DNA of 53,038 bases from an uncultured Planctomycetota bacterium (GCA_903916245.1 CAIWVZ010000038.1:1-53038), one strand, 5' to 3'. Counted from the stretch's first letter, positions 39,475 to 49,983 are shown. Notes: generated by a model not told the origin, from the sequence alone. A program made the numbers and translations.

Positions 39475-42189
39475 CTACCACGGACGTTCGGTCCACCATT
39501 GGGCTACGGCTTGAATCTCTCGATTCCATACGTCCGCGTTCGCGTCGGCTGGAATCGGCGGGAAAGCCGCGGCGAACTCGGGGATTACGAGCCGAATCGA
39601 TTCGAGGCGACGGGCGACGACGACCGCCGCGTTTCGCCGATGCGCCTCGACGAGCCCTGCGAAGAGCCACGTTGCAACGGCCCGGCCTTCGCGCACGACC
39701 GCTCGACGCGCATCGTCTTCGTCGTTGAGCGGCGCGGCGTCGAGGGCTGCAACGACGGCTGCACGGCGTCGATCGTCCCCGGCCGCGCGGCGAAGTCCGT
39801 CGAGGTTCCCCGGGATCGCCGTCGCGGGAGCGGATTCGAGAACGTCCAAGATCCTCAGAAACTCCTCGCGATCCGTCGCGAGAGGGCTTTCAGCAAGAAC
39901 TTCCGCAAGGCGAAAACGGATCAAACCATCGTCGCCGGATCCGGGCGCACGCAAAGCGTTGCGGTACTTCGAAGCCGCCTCCTTGCGTCGACCCACGGCG
40001 GCTTCGACACGCCCCGCGGACGCCAGAAAATCACGGTCCGACGCAGGAGCCAATCGGTCGAGGAACGATTTTGCGGCGGCCGGATTGCCTCCGTCGACGA
40101 GTGCTTCGAGGCAGCGACGCTCCCAGGTTCGACGCTCGTCCCCGAGCGCTCCGCCCGCCGCCTCGATCGCCGCGATCCAATCGGCGGCGGCATCGGCCGG
40201 GCGACCGGAACGCTGAAGGATCTCGCCTCGAAGGAGTCGAAGCCGCCAGTCGTCCGGGCGTACCGAGACCAATACTTGGGCCTGTCTCACACCCTCTACG
40301 AGAGATTCGGCGCCTCCGTCGGCGAGAAGAGCTCGGCAAAACTCCTCCCGCAACGTCGCGACGGAATCGAGGGTCCCCGGCGCGGCACTCGGGGACGCGG
40401 CCGCATCGAGCGCGGCACGCAGGATCGTCGCGGCAGCGGCGTTGCGCCCGGCTTTTCGTAGTCGAACCCCTTCCCGGGTCAGCAACGCGACGTCGGACGG
40501 TGCGACGCGGGCCAACGCGGACGCGAGCTCTCGAACGGCGTCGGCGTCGGACTCGAGGCGCAGCCACCCGACCAAGACGTCCGCGAGTACGGCGCCTCCG
40601 GATCGCGGAAGCCCCGCGAGGAAGGTTGATCGTCGCTCCGATGTCGGCGCCAATGCCGGCAACACTTCGGAAAGGGTCGCGACCACCTTACCCGCGGACG
40701 CGACGCCGACGGCGTCCTTGCCCGCCGCGTCGAGAAGCGCGCGCGCCGCAAGCTCCGAAGCCGGTCCTTGACGCACGGCGACGGATGCGAGGCTGTTCAC
40801 CACGTCGTCCGGCCACGAACCGAGCTGTGCAAGTGCCCGCACGATCGCCACTTGGGTTTCGGGGCGCGTCTCGACGTCGAGCGCCTGCGCGAGCCGCGGA
40901 GCGGCGGCGACTTGACGGCCGTACGCGAGAATTCGAGCCGCGGTGCCGCGGACCTGCCAAGCGGGATCGCCGAGCGCGGCGATGATCGTTCCGAAACCCG
41001 CACCGAGCGAGTAAAGAGTCGTGATGCACTCTTCACGCGTTGCGAGACCGGATTCTCCGGAAGGGGTCGATCGATAAAGGTCTTCAACGAGGCGTGCGTC
41101 GTCGCGCCCCCCGGTTTGAGAAAGTGCGGACAACGCAGCCACCGCCAACGCGGGATCGGAGGCGCCGAGACGCGCACGGGCTTCGGGAGCGACGACGCCC
41201 CGCAACTTGTCGCGACCCTCGGCGAGCGAACCCGCCGCTCTCAACCTGAGCGCGACGGTTTCGGCATCGGATTCATCCGCGAGTCGAGCGACGAGGTCGT
41301 TCACGGCCTGCGCGACGACGTCGGGAGCGGCGTCGCGCAGCGCGGGAAAACGCGATGCCGCGTAGCGACGAATACTGGACTCAGGATATCGATTGCGGTC
41401 GAGCCAATCGACCGGGGGCTGCGATGCGGCGATGGCGCGCTCGACCCCGCGCTGCGCTTCACGGAAGAACCGACGGTCTTTCTCGCGTAGGGCCGACTGG
41501 AACAAGTCCACGTCGTCGAACCCCTGCGGATGCGACTTCCGGAATCCGTCGAGCCATTCGGCCCAGGCGTCGACCGATTTGAAGTCGTGGAAAGTCATGC
41601 GCTCGAGCGTCGCTTGGACTTCCGCCTCGTAGGCCGCGAGAGGCGAATCCTTCAACGCGCGGATGAGAATGTCCGCGGACGAAATGCGCTCTTCGGGCAG
41701 ATCGGAGACCTCGGCGAACAACCGCAAAGTGGCGGCCACGTCCGCCTTCGCGGTGGGATCATGCATCCGGGCGATGAGTTCATCTTCGATCGGGGCCGTA
41801 CGGTCGAACTCGCGCAATTGCTCTTCGATCCAACGATCGCGAGGGCCCGCGCCGCCGCGATAGTTCGCGTAGAACGACGGTAGAATCGTGCGATCGCCCG
41901 CGAACACGAACGAAGCTCCGATGCCGCGCCATGCGGCTTCGGGCAACGCGATCTCGTCGAGCAAGGTGCGAAGTCGTTCGGACCCGTTCGCCAGCCCACG
42001 GATGGCCGATGCCCGCAGGCTCGCTTGTTCGACGCCGCTCGAACGGCGCAACTCGGTCACGAGGCGGTCGAGCTCTCCCCCGCGGGTTGCGGGCCCGGAT
42101 TCCGCGACCGGACGCGTTTCCTGCGCCGCCGCGAAAGCGACGAGCAACAGGGGCGCAACGAGGCGCCGGACGGTGTCCCCCACGGTCAT
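39475..42189 (-). CDS. Secreted HEAT/TPR-like alpha-solenoid protein
   Basis: Signal peptide AAA-Q; L.D....VR..AA..L repeats, helical TPR-like C-terminal part. Confidence 0.82.
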   Translation of the reverse strand: MTVGDTVRRLVAPLLLVAFAAAQETRPVAESGPATRGGELDRLVTELRRSSGVEQASLRASAIRGLANGSERLRTLLDEIALPEAAWRGIGASFVFAGDRTILPSFYANYRGGAGPRDRWIEEQLREFDRTAPIEDELIARMHDPTAKADVAATLRLFAEVSDLPEERISSADILIRALKDSPLAAYEAEVQATLERMTFHDFKSVDAWAEWLDGFRKSHPQGFDDVDLFQSALREKDRRFFREAQRGVERAIAASQPPVDWLDRNRYPESSIRRYAASRFPALRDAAPDVVAQAVNDLVARLADESDAETVALRLRAAGSLAEGRDKLRGVVAPEARARLGASDPALAVAALSALSQTGGRDDARLVEDLYRSTPSGESGLATREECITTLYSLGAGFGTIIAALGDPAWQVRGTAARILAYGRQVAAAPRLAQALDVETRPETQVAIVRALAQLGSWPDDVVNSLASVAVRQGPASELAARALLDAAGKDAVGVASAGKVVATLSEVLPALAPTSERRSTFLAGLPRSGGAVLADVLVGWLRLESDADAVRELASALARVAPSDVALLTREGVRLRKAGRNAAAATILRAALDAAASPSAAPGTLDSVATLREEFCRALLADGGAESLVEGVRQAQVLVSVRPDDWRLRLLRGEILQRSGRPADAAADWIAAIEAAGGALGDERRTWERRCLEALVDGGNPAAAKSFLDRLAPASDRDFLASAGRVEAAVGRRKEAASKYRNALRAPGSGDDGLIRFRLAEVLAESPLATDREEFLRILDVLESAPATAIPGNLDGLRRAAGDDRRRAAVVAALDAAPLNDEDDARRAVVREGRAVATWLFAGLVEAHRRNAAVVVARRLESIRLVIPEFAAAFPPIPADANADVWNREIQAVAQWWTERPW

Positions 42190-42193
42190 GACG

Positions 42194-42706
42194 TCATGTT
42201 AACGCGACGACGGCGGCGGTTACGTGTTCGAGGTCCGACTCCGCATCGACGATCACGTGGCAGACGCCCCGATAAACGCCGTCGCGGTCGGCGAACATCG
42301 CGCGGGCCTCGTCGACCGGACCGAAGGCCGTCAGCGGGGGTCGAATCGCATCGGCGTTCGCGAGCCGTGAGGCCGCGACGTCCGCCCGTAGCCTCAGGTA
42401 GACGACCCGCCCCGCCGCCCGCATGCGAAGGCGGTTTTCCGGATCGAGGACCACACCGCCGCCGGTCGCGATGACGGAGGGCGGCTCCGACAGCAGTCGA
42501 TCGAGCACAACGGACTCGGCGCGCCTGAAGGCGCTCCAACCTTCGCGGCGAACGAACTCCGAGATCTCCACGCCCTGCTCCGCGGCGAAGCGAACATCCG
42601 CATCGACGAACCGCGCGCCGATCGTTTCCGCCACGCGGCGCCCGACGGTGGTCTTTCCGCTGCAGCGGAGGCCGACGAGAATCAGGTGGCTCGCGAGAAC
42701 GCCCAT
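42194..42706 (-). CDS. aroK: Shikimate kinase
   Basis: GLRCSGKTT, FVDAD, FRRAE, IATGGG, RPPL. Confidence 0.93.
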   Translation of the reverse strand: MGVLASHLILVGLRCSGKTTVGRRVAETIGARFVDADVRFAAEQGVEISEFVRREGWSAFRRAESVVLDRLLSEPPSVIATGGGVVLDPENRLRMRAAGRVVYLRLRADVAASRLANADAIRPPLTAFGPVDEARAMFADRDGVYRGVCHVIVDAESDLEHVTAAVVALT

Positions 42707-44190
42707 GAGACCGCCTCGTGCCAAAGTTCCGACGACGCGGGCGTCAGCCCGGCCCAGAAGTGATGGAGCTGCGCGAGCCCCTGCGCCTCGTACATCGCCT
42801 CACCCGGAATCACGTGCATGCCGGCGTTTCGGGCGGATGCCGTGAGACGCGTTTCGCGAGGCGCATAGTTCGTTTCGAATACGATCGCTCCGGGCCTCAA
42901 CCACGCGAGAGAGACGGCGTCCCCGTCGGGATCGCGCGTCGAGCCCGCGGGCGTCGCGTTCACGACGAGATCGAATCCCGCATCCGGAATCGCGCGCGGA
43001 CCGAGGCACGGGATCCCGAACGTCTCGGCGACGGGTGCCGCCTTCCAACCGTCACGCGCCGCGAGCGTCACGTCGATTCCGAGCGAGCGCAAACCGAACA
43101 CCGCGGCACGGCCCGCACCACCGGCCCCGACGACGAGCGCGCGCACGTCGCGAGGATCACGACCGATCGTCGCGAGCATCGCCCGCGTGGGTGCGGCGAT
43201 ACCGTCCGCATCGGTGTTGTAGGCGACCCACTTTCCGTGCTCGTGGACGAGCGTGTTGGCGGCCCCGATCATACGGGCGCGCGGCGACACCTCGTCGACG
43301 GCCTCGAGCGCGGCCGCCTTGAACGGCGTCGTCACGCTGAAGCCGCGGATGCCGAGCATCGACGCGGCTTCGCGCAGCCCGACGAGAGCGGGCGTCGTCA
43401 ACGACACGTAGGACGCGGGCACGCCGGCCGTACGGAAGAAGCGATTCCACGCGATCGGTCCGATGCTCTCGTACGCGGAAGATCCGACCACCGCGTACGT
43501 GGCCGACGGCGGCGTGTCGGGGCCCGGTGCGTAGAACCGCATGAGATCTTCGAGCGAGGGAATCCCGTCGAAGACGGACGTGCCGCCGACGGGTGCCTCC
43601 GAAGAACCCGCGGTCGCGTAGGTCCATGCGGATCCCAACTTCGACGCCAACACGCGCGTGACGAGACCGGTCGGTCCGGTGCCGACGAACGTCAACATGC
43701 CGCGGTGACGACGCAACGTCATCGCGACCGCGACGATGTCGGTCAGCGTTCGCAAGCGGGCGGCGATCTTGACCATCGCGACGCCCGGGCCCGCGCGCAG
43801 TCGCGTCGCGAGCGCATCGAGATCGGAGGGAACGATCTCGAAGTCGTGGTGGGAGGCGACGATTTTCGCGGCACCGAAAGAACCCGCCGATTCGATGACG
43901 TCCGACTCGACGTCGACGTAGGCGGCCCCGGCGGCGGCGGCCGCACGCAACATCTCGAAGCGAGCGGTTTCCGGACCGCGGAATTTCCCGCCGTCGCGCG
44001 GTCGTCGACACGTCGCGATGATCGGCAGTGGAGGATCCGCGAAGACGCCCGCGTCGAATGTCGATAAAAAGTCGAGTCGAACTTCCGCGAGAAGTCGACC
44101 CGGCGTCGCTTGCGACGTTTCGGCGAGACGAACGAGCGTTTCGCGGACGGACTCCGGGCGGGACTCCGCCACGACGGCGACACGAATCAT
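42682..44190 (-). CDS. aroE: Fused type I 3-dehydroquinate dehydratase / shikimate dehydrogenase
   Basis: EVRLD, IATCR, SHHDF, VKIA then SVTTPFK, ANT, NTD, GAGGAG, NATP. Confidence 0.92.
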   Translation of the reverse strand: MIRVAVVAESRPESVRETLVRLAETSQATPGRLLAEVRLDFLSTFDAGVFADPPLPIIATCRRPRDGGKFRGPETARFEMLRAAAAAGAAYVDVESDVIESAGSFGAAKIVASHHDFEIVPSDLDALATRLRAGPGVAMVKIAARLRTLTDIVAVAMTLRRHRGMLTFVGTGPTGLVTRVLASKLGSAWTYATAGSSEAPVGGTSVFDGIPSLEDLMRFYAPGPDTPPSATYAVVGSSAYESIGPIAWNRFFRTAGVPASYVSLTTPALVGLREAASMLGIRGFSVTTPFKAAALEAVDEVSPRARMIGAANTLVHEHGKWVAYNTDADGIAAPTRAMLATIGRDPRDVRALVVGAGGAGRAAVFGLRSLGIDVTLAARDGWKAAPVAETFGIPCLGPRAIPDAGFDLVVNATPAGSTRDPDGDAVSLAWLRPGAIVFETNYAPRETRLTASARNAGMHVIPGEAMYEAQGLAQLHHFWAGLTPASSELWHEAVSWAFSRAT

Positions 44191-45071
44191 GAATTCCCCG
44201 GTTCGTTGAGCACGCGGCGGACGGACGAAGCCTTGGCCCCGTCGGGACGCGCCGCGGCGACACGGACGAGCGCTTCGGAAAGAGCCGCGTAGAACGCGGC
44301 GTCGGCATCGCCGAGATCGCGACGCAACGCGCGTATGTGGGCGGCGACCGTTTCGGCGTCGCCGCGCACGACGGGCCCCGTCAACGCGGCCGACGGTCCG
44401 GTGCGTCCGGCGTTCGCGACGGCGCCCTCGGCGAGCGTGGCCAAGGCGCGGCGCGCGAGTTCTTCGGGGATGCCCGCCCGCATGAGCGCGCGCATCCCGA
44501 GATCGAACACGGCGAGGATGCCGTTGCCCGCGGCCGCCGCCCCCGCGTGATAGGTATCGCGACGACGACCGTCGAGGCTCGCGGGTCGTCCGTTGACGGC
44601 GCGCGCGAGGGATTCGAGACGCGGGAGGTCCGCGGGGTCCGATTCGATCGCCACCAACGCCCCGTCGAGGCCGGAGGGGCCGAGGTCACGCACCGGAAGA
44701 CTCCGCAACGGATGCCACGCGGCCGTGCGCGCCCCGCGCGCGGCCAACGGGTCGAGCACCGATCGCCCCTTGGCACCGCAAACGTGGAAGGCCAGCGTCG
44801 TGGGTGCCGCGGGAGTCCCTTCGGCGAGTGCCGTCGCGACGTCGACGAGTCGATCGTCCGGAACCGCGATGATCACGAGCGACGCCATGCCGAGGGCGGC
44901 CGCATGCGGCACGACGGGCACGTCACCGAGCGCGGCGGCGACCGCGCGACGATTCTCGGGCGAACCGCCGACGATGGCCGCGAGACGGTGCCCCGCGCGC
45001 GTCAGCCCGCGCGCCAAACTGCACCCCGCCCGGCCCGGCCCGACGAGGACGATGTTCTCGCGGGTGGTCAC
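44187..45071 (-). CDS. Rossmann-like + DUF2520 protein (PanG-like ketopantoate reductase candidate)
   Basis: VGPGRAG, AVPDD, WHPL, YHA, ALTGPVVRGD; GTGA overlap with ispE; near panC. Confidence 0.85.
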   Translation of the reverse strand: MTTRENIVLVGPGRAGCSLARGLTRAGHRLAAIVGGSPENRRAVAAALGDVPVVPHAAALGMASLVIIAVPDDRLVDVATALAEGTPAAPTTLAFHVCGAKGRSVLDPLAARGARTAAWHPLRSLPVRDLGPSGLDGALVAIESDPADLPRLESLARAVNGRPASLDGRRRDTYHAGAAAAGNGILAVFDLGMRALMRAGIPEELARRALATLAEGAVANAGRTGPSAALTGPVVRGDAETVAAHIRALRRDLGDADAAFYAALSEALVRVAAARPDGAKASSVRRVLNEPGNS

Positions 45072-45931
45072 CGTCGTCGGCCTCCGCGATACGTCGCGGT
45101 ACGGAACGTCCGACACTGCGGTTGCCCCGCGATGAGCCGCGCTTCGAGGTCCGCCGCTTCCTGTGCGTTGGCACAGGCGAACCACCACGTCGAACCGCTA
45201 CCCGACAGCGTCGGCGCACGTCCGGCGACGTCGGTCAGACGCGATCGGGTTTCCGCGAGCCATGGGAACGCCGACAAAGCGGCCGCCTCGAGGCGATTCG
45301 GAGATTCCGGGATCGGCTTGCCGGCGGCGAGCGCCTCCAGCAACGCATGGGGTTCTCGGGGCGGCGATCCGTCGAGTCGAAGGGCCGCGTAAACCTCCGC
45401 CGTGGGACACGGTTGGTCGGAGAGGGCGAGCACGTAGTAACGCGCACTGCGGGTCTCGCACGGCGCGACGATTTCTCCGCGCCCGGTGCATCGCGCGGTG
45501 CCCCCGGTCACGAAGAACGCGACGTCGCTCCCGACCTCGGCCGCGATCGCGCGGCGAACGTCGTCCGACGCGTCGACGCCGTGCAACGCGAGGACGAGAT
45601 CCAAGGTGGCCACCGCGTCGGACGAACCGGCGCCGAGGCCGGTACCGGGCGGCACCATCTTCGTCAGGAACACGCGGGCGGGCAGCGGACGCCCGAGCAC
45701 GCGTTCCGCCACCCGGACGATCTTGAAGCACGTGTTGCCTTCGTTCGAAGGCACGTCGTGTCGATTCGACTCGACCGTGAGTTCCGCGGCCTCCGACACG
45801 CCGACGAGATCGCCGACGGCGATGGTCTCCATCACGGTGTCGATTTCGTGGTACCCGTCCGAGCGCTTCCCGCGTATTTCGAGAAACAGGTTCAGTTTCG
45901 CGGGGGCGAACTTCGTCAGGGTGGATTCCAC
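45068..45931 (-). CDS. ispE: 4-diphosphocytidyl-2-C-methyl-D-erythritol kinase
   Basis: APAKLNLFL, DGYHEI, GLGAGSSDA, GSDVAFF, GRGE, LSGSGS. Confidence 0.95.
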   Translation of the reverse strand: MESTLTKFAPAKLNLFLEIRGKRSDGYHEIDTVMETIAVGDLVGVSEAAELTVESNRHDVPSNEGNTCFKIVRVAERVLGRPLPARVFLTKMVPPGTGLGAGSSDAVATLDLVLALHGVDASDDVRRAIAAEVGSDVAFFVTGGTARCTGRGEIVAPCETRSARYYVLALSDQPCPTAEVYAALRLDGSPPREPHALLEALAAGKPIPESPNRLEAAALSAFPWLAETRSRLTDVAGRAPTLSGSGSTWWFACANAQEAADLEARLIAGQPQCRTFRTATYRGGRRR

Positions 45932-46018
45932 GCCCCCATGAATAACCGTTGCCGCCGGGCACGTTAAGTCCCTCACGAACGGCACTTTGCCCGGCTTGCG
46001 TGGTAACCTCCCTTCGTC

Positions 46019-46702
46019 GTGAGCCTTCCGACCCGCATCATCGCCGTGATCCCGGCGTTCAGGGAGCCTCGCATGGTCGGGGACGTGGTCGCGTCCGTCC
46101 TGCCGCGAGTCACGGAGTGCGTCGTCGTCGACGACGGCTCCGGAGACGGCACCGGGGCCGCCGCACGGGCCGCCGGGGCGCTCGTGGTCACCCACGCGGT
46201 CAATCGCGGGCAAGGGGCGGCTCTCATGACGGGTATCCGATGCGCGCTCCGACGCGGCGCCGACATCGTCGTCACCCTCGACGCCGACGGTCAACACGAC
46301 CCCGCCGACATTCGGGCGCTGGTCGCCCCCATCCTCGCGGATCGGGCGGATGTGGTGCTCGGCTCGCGGTTTCTCGGCCACGCGCACCTGATCCCGCCGA
46401 TGCGACGACGCCTCCTGCGTGCGGCGGTCGTCTTCACGCGATGGTCGACGGGACTCGACCTCACGGATACGCACAACGGCTTCCGCGCACTCTCGCGGAG
46501 GGCGGCGTCCGCGATCGAACTTTCGCAGGACCGCATGGCCCACGCCTCCGAGATCCTCGAGCGGATCGCCGCGCTCGACCTTCGCCACGTCGAAGTTCCG
46601 GTCGCGATCCGCTACACCGACTATTCCACCGGCAAAGGACAGTCGGCTTGGGGAGCCTTCCGCATCCTCGTCGATCTCTGGGTCTCGAAGGTGCTGTCGT
46701 GA
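46019..46702 (+). CDS. Glycosyltransferase family 2 (polyprenyl-phosphate sugar synthase-like)
   Basis: VIPAF.E, VDDGSGD, NRGQGAA, DADGQH, GSRF, TDTHNGFR. Confidence 0.93.
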   Translation: MSLPTRIIAVIPAFREPRMVGDVVASVLPRVTECVVVDDGSGDGTGAAARAAGALVVTHAVNRGQGAALMTGIRCALRRGADIVVTLDADGQHDPADIRALVAPILADRADVVLGSRFLGHAHLIPPMRRRLLRAAVVFTRWSTGLDLTDTHNGFRALSRRAASAIELSQDRMAHASEILERIAALDLRHVEVPVAIRYTDYSTGKGQSAWGAFRILVDLWVSKVLS

Positions 46703-47076
46703 CCCCGATCCAGATCCTTCTGCTCGCGGGACTCGGATCCGGCGCCGCACTCACCGCCGCACGATGGAAACGCGGGGATCTCCGCACGGCGTCCGCCTGC
46801 GGATGGGGGGCGCTGTGGGCGTCGGGCATGGTTTTGGTCGCGGTCCCCGAATGGGCGAATACCGCGGCGCGCGCGGTGGGGGTCGGTCGAGGTGCGGACC
46901 TCGTCACGTACGTCCTTCTCGTCTTCCTGCTCGGCGCGGTCTTCAGACTGATGGTCGTGGTCGACCGCCAACGCCGCGAATTCACGGCGCTCGTCCGCGA
47001 ACTGGCGCTGAAGGACGTTCCGCCGCGCGAGGCGTCGCCGCCGACGCACGCCGAGGAATCACGCCCCCATGCGTAA
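46699..47076 (+). CDS. DUF2304-family membrane protein
   Basis: GTGA-coupled to GT2; GVGRGADLV.Y, T.LVRELAL. Confidence 0.85.
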   Translation: MTPIQILLLAGLGSGAALTAARWKRGDLRTASACGWGALWASGMVLVAVPEWANTAARAVGVGRGADLVTYVLLVFLLGAVFRLMVVVDRQRREFTALVRELALKDVPPREASPPTHAEESRPHA

Positions 47077-48589
47077 CGCGCTCGTTCTCGGCGCGATCCT
47101 CGTCGCGGCGCTCCTCGTGCGGTCGATCGGTTTCTCGTGGGGCGACGATTTCCCGGGGGGATTCCGTGGCCACCACGTCGACGAATGGACGCACGTCGTC
47201 ATCGCGGGCACGCTCATCAATCCGAAAGTGCCGCCGCGCTGGCACCCGCAGCCCTACCCCAAAGGACTCGCCGCCCACGTCGCCGTGCCGTTCCTCGTGT
47301 CGCGCGCCGCGACGGGACGCCTGTTCGACACGCGACTACCGTCCGACGAAGCACTGATCAAAACCGCCCGAGCGATCTCGATCGCCTACGGCGTTCTCGC
47401 GGTGGCGGTCCTTTGGTGGATCGCCCGAAGACTCTGCGACGACGTGCGTGCCGCGCATTTCACCGCGCTCTGCCTCGCATTGGCACCTCTCGCCGTCATG
47501 CAGAGCCATTTCGGCTTGGCGGACTCCCCCGCGCTCTTTTGGTCACTCGCCGCCGCCGCGCTCCTCTACGCGGACATCGAAGACCGCCGACGGGGCGCCC
47601 TCGGCGCGGCCGCCTTCGCCGTCGGCATGGCCGTCGGCTTCAAGTTGACGCCGTGGCTTTTGCCCTCGCTTTTCCTGGTGGCGGTTTCGCAGCCCTCGCG
47701 CATCGGACGCCTCGCCGCGACCATCGGCGGATGCGTCGCGGGATTCGCCGTGTGCACCTTCCTGTCGATGTCCCCGTTCGACGTGGTCAAATGCTTCGTC
47801 GGTGACTCGGTGACGCCGCCGGACCTTCTCGATCCTCGGGACTTCCCTCGGCTTTACGCGATCGAAGTGCTTCCGTCGTTCACGGTGCCCGCGCTCCTCT
47901 TGGCCGCCGCCGGCATCCCCGCGCTCTTCCGACCGTCGCGTCACGCGTGGTTCATCGGCGTCGCGATCGCGATTCCGGCGGTGCTCCACATCGCGTGCGC
48001 GCTCCCGAAGTTGGCGCCTTTCCCGCGACATCTTCTGCCGCTCTTGCCCGCGCTCGCCCTATTGTTCGGCGCGGCGGCGGTGCGGTCGAAGATCCATGGC
48101 ATCACCGCGATGATCGCCGTCGGGTATCTGGCGTTCGCCACGCTCGCGACCGAACGACGCTTCGACGACGACCCGCGCTCGCTCGTGCGCGCGCACCTTC
48201 GCGCATCGCTTCCGCAAGGCGCGACGGTCCACTGGCCCGCCTACGAAAAGGAACTCGCCGAAGACGGGTTCTCGCCGGCTGCGTTCCCCGCGGAGGAAGT
48301 CCCGGACGTGATCGTCGCGGAATCGTGGCGCACGAACCACTGGCTTTCGGGAACGGGGCCGCGCGATTCGCGGCCGAAGGACTACCGCCGCGTCTTCGAC
48401 GGCATGTCGGCCGCCCACCTCGAAGCGTGGCAGGCGCTTTACGACGACCCCGCGCGTTTTTCGAAGAAGGTCGGACGGCGCTTCGACGTCGATCGTCCGC
48501 TTCCGGAAGACCGCATGGCCGACGCGCTTCTCGGCGACCGCTCGCGCACCTACGTCGGCGATGTATTGATTTTCGTCAACGCGCGCTGA
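47069..48589 (+). CDS. GT-C fold membrane glycosyltransferase (ArnT/PMT-like)
   Basis: H.DE after first TM helix, SHF...D, multiple TM helices, RHLLPL. Confidence 0.82.
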   Translation: MRNALVLGAILVAALLVRSIGFSWGDDFPGGFRGHHVDEWTHVVIAGTLINPKVPPRWHPQPYPKGLAAHVAVPFLVSRAATGRLFDTRLPSDEALIKTARAISIAYGVLAVAVLWWIARRLCDDVRAAHFTALCLALAPLAVMQSHFGLADSPALFWSLAAAALLYADIEDRRRGALGAAAFAVGMAVGFKLTPWLLPSLFLVAVSQPSRIGRLAATIGGCVAGFAVCTFLSMSPFDVVKCFVGDSVTPPDLLDPRDFPRLYAIEVLPSFTVPALLLAAAGIPALFRPSRHAWFIGVAIAIPAVLHIACALPKLAPFPRHLLPLLPALALLFGAAAVRSKIHGITAMIAVGYLAFATLATERRFDDDPRSLVRAHLRASLPQGATVHWPAYEKELAEDGFSPAAFPAEEVPDVIVAESWRTNHWLSGTGPRDSRPKDYRRVFDGMSAAHLEAWQALYDDPARFSKKVGRRFDVDRPLPEDRMADALLGDRSRTYVGDVLIFVNAR

Positions 48590-49448
48590 GATCGACGTTG
48601 TCGATGAGCCGGGTCGCGCCGAGCATGGCGGCGACCGCGACGACGTCGGTCGCCTCGGGGGCGGTTCCGGTCGCGGCGCGCGGCACGCACGTCGCGGCGT
48701 CCACGACGGAGAGATATTGGATCTTGAAGACCCCCGCTCGTTCGACGAGGGAAACCCCCGCGGATTCTAGTTCCGCCGTGGTGCGGACGCCCGCGGCGAA
48801 GGCGGCCGAAACGGCGTCGAGCGCCCGCTTCAGCGTCGGTGCGGCCGCACGTTCGGCGGGACCGAGATAGGCGTTGCGGCTCGACATCGCGAGACCGTCG
48901 GATTCGCGAACCGTCGGGCATGCATGCACGCGGATGTCGAGATCGAGATCGAGGTCGCGCACCATGCGGGTCAGCACGACGACCTGCTGGAAGTCTTTCC
49001 TTCCGAGGAAGATGTCGTGGGGTGCCACCTGCATGAGCAGTTTCAGCACCACCGTGAGGACGCCGGTGAAATGTCCCGGGCGCCATGCACCGCAGAGATG
49101 TTCGGTGGCGAGGCGTTGCGAAACGACGGTGTCCGCATCCGTCGGGTACATCTCCGCCACGTCCGGAAGGAAGAGCGCATCGCAGCCGCGGGCCGCGAGA
49201 AGAGCGGTATCGCGTTCGACGGGACGCGGATAGCGGGTGAAGTCCTCGTTCGGTCCGAATTGAAGCGGATTGACGAAAATGCTGGCGACGACGCGATCGC
49301 AGGCGGCGCGCGCCGTGTCGATCAACGCGAGGTGCCCTTCGTGGAGCGCCCCCATCGTCGGCACGAAACCGACGCGCAGTCCTTGCGCTTTCCATGCGGC
49401 GACGAGTCGGTGCACGTCCCGACGACCTTTGACGACGTCCATGGTCAT
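48576..49448 (-). CDS. panC: Pantoate--beta-alanine ligase
   Basis: FVPTMGALHEGH, SIFVNPLQF, RPGHF, KDFQQ, DGLAMSSRN, RLIDN. Confidence 0.97.
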   Translation of the reverse strand: MTMDVVKGRRDVHRLVAAWKAQGLRVGFVPTMGALHEGHLALIDTARAACDRVVASIFVNPLQFGPNEDFTRYPRPVERDTALLAARGCDALFLPDVAEMYPTDADTVVSQRLATEHLCGAWRPGHFTGVLTVVLKLLMQVAPHDIFLGRKDFQQVVVLTRMVRDLDLDLDIRVHACPTVRESDGLAMSSRNAYLGPAERAAAPTLKRALDAVSAAFAAGVRTTAELESAGVSLVERAGVFKIQYLSVVDAATCVPRAATGTAPEATDVVAVAAMLGATRLIDNVDLSAR

Positions 49449-49449
49449 G

Positions 49450-49983
49450 TCAGAGCCAACGGCGCGGGGGCCCGACGAGACGCACCGACGGCGGATCGCC
49501 GAGCGGACGCCTCAATTCGGCGATGGTGCGACCGTCGCCGGGGACCGTCCAATCGGATGCGATTTCGTCGGCGGGGATCAGCACGAACGCGCGTTCTTCG
49601 AGACGCGGGTGCGGGAGCACCGGGTCGGGAGCGCCGCGGACGTGTTCCCCGACGAGGATGAGATCGATATCGAGCGTGCGCGGCCCGTTCGGGACGCTGC
49701 GGATCCGCCCGGCGGCGTGTTCGATCTGCAGGCAGGCCGCGAGGAGATCCGCGGGGTCGAGAGCGACGTCGAACGCCGCGACGGCGTTCAGGTAGTGGTC
49801 CTGAGGCGGGCCGCCGACGGGGTCGGTCTCGTAGAGCGACGAACCGGCACGCCACGTCACGCCGGGGAGCGACGCGACTTGTCGGACGCCGAAACGCAGC
49901 CACCCGGCGCGGTCACCGACGTTCGAACCGAAAGCGATCAGCGTCCGCTGCGGCGACCAGCGGCGGGTGTGGCGTTCCATCAT
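49450..49983 (-). CDS. folK: 6-hydroxymethyl-7,8-dihydropterin pyrophosphokinase
   Basis: FGSNVGDR, SSLYET, YLNAV, GPRTLDIDL, LPHPR..ERAFVL. Confidence 0.95.
   Translation of the reverse strand: MMERHTRRWSPQRTLIAFGSNVGDRAGWLRFGVRQVASLPGVTWRAGSSLYETDPVGGPPQDHYLNAVAAFDVALDPADLLAACLQIEHAAGRIRSVPNGPRTLDIDLILVGEHVRGAPDPVLPHPRLEERAFVLIPADEIASDWTVPGDGRTIAELRRPLGDPPSVRLVGPPRRWL

Noticed and set aside
42682-44190. AroD-AroE fusion as a novelty
   Set aside because: Known architecture in Planctomycetes, Chlamydiae and plants.
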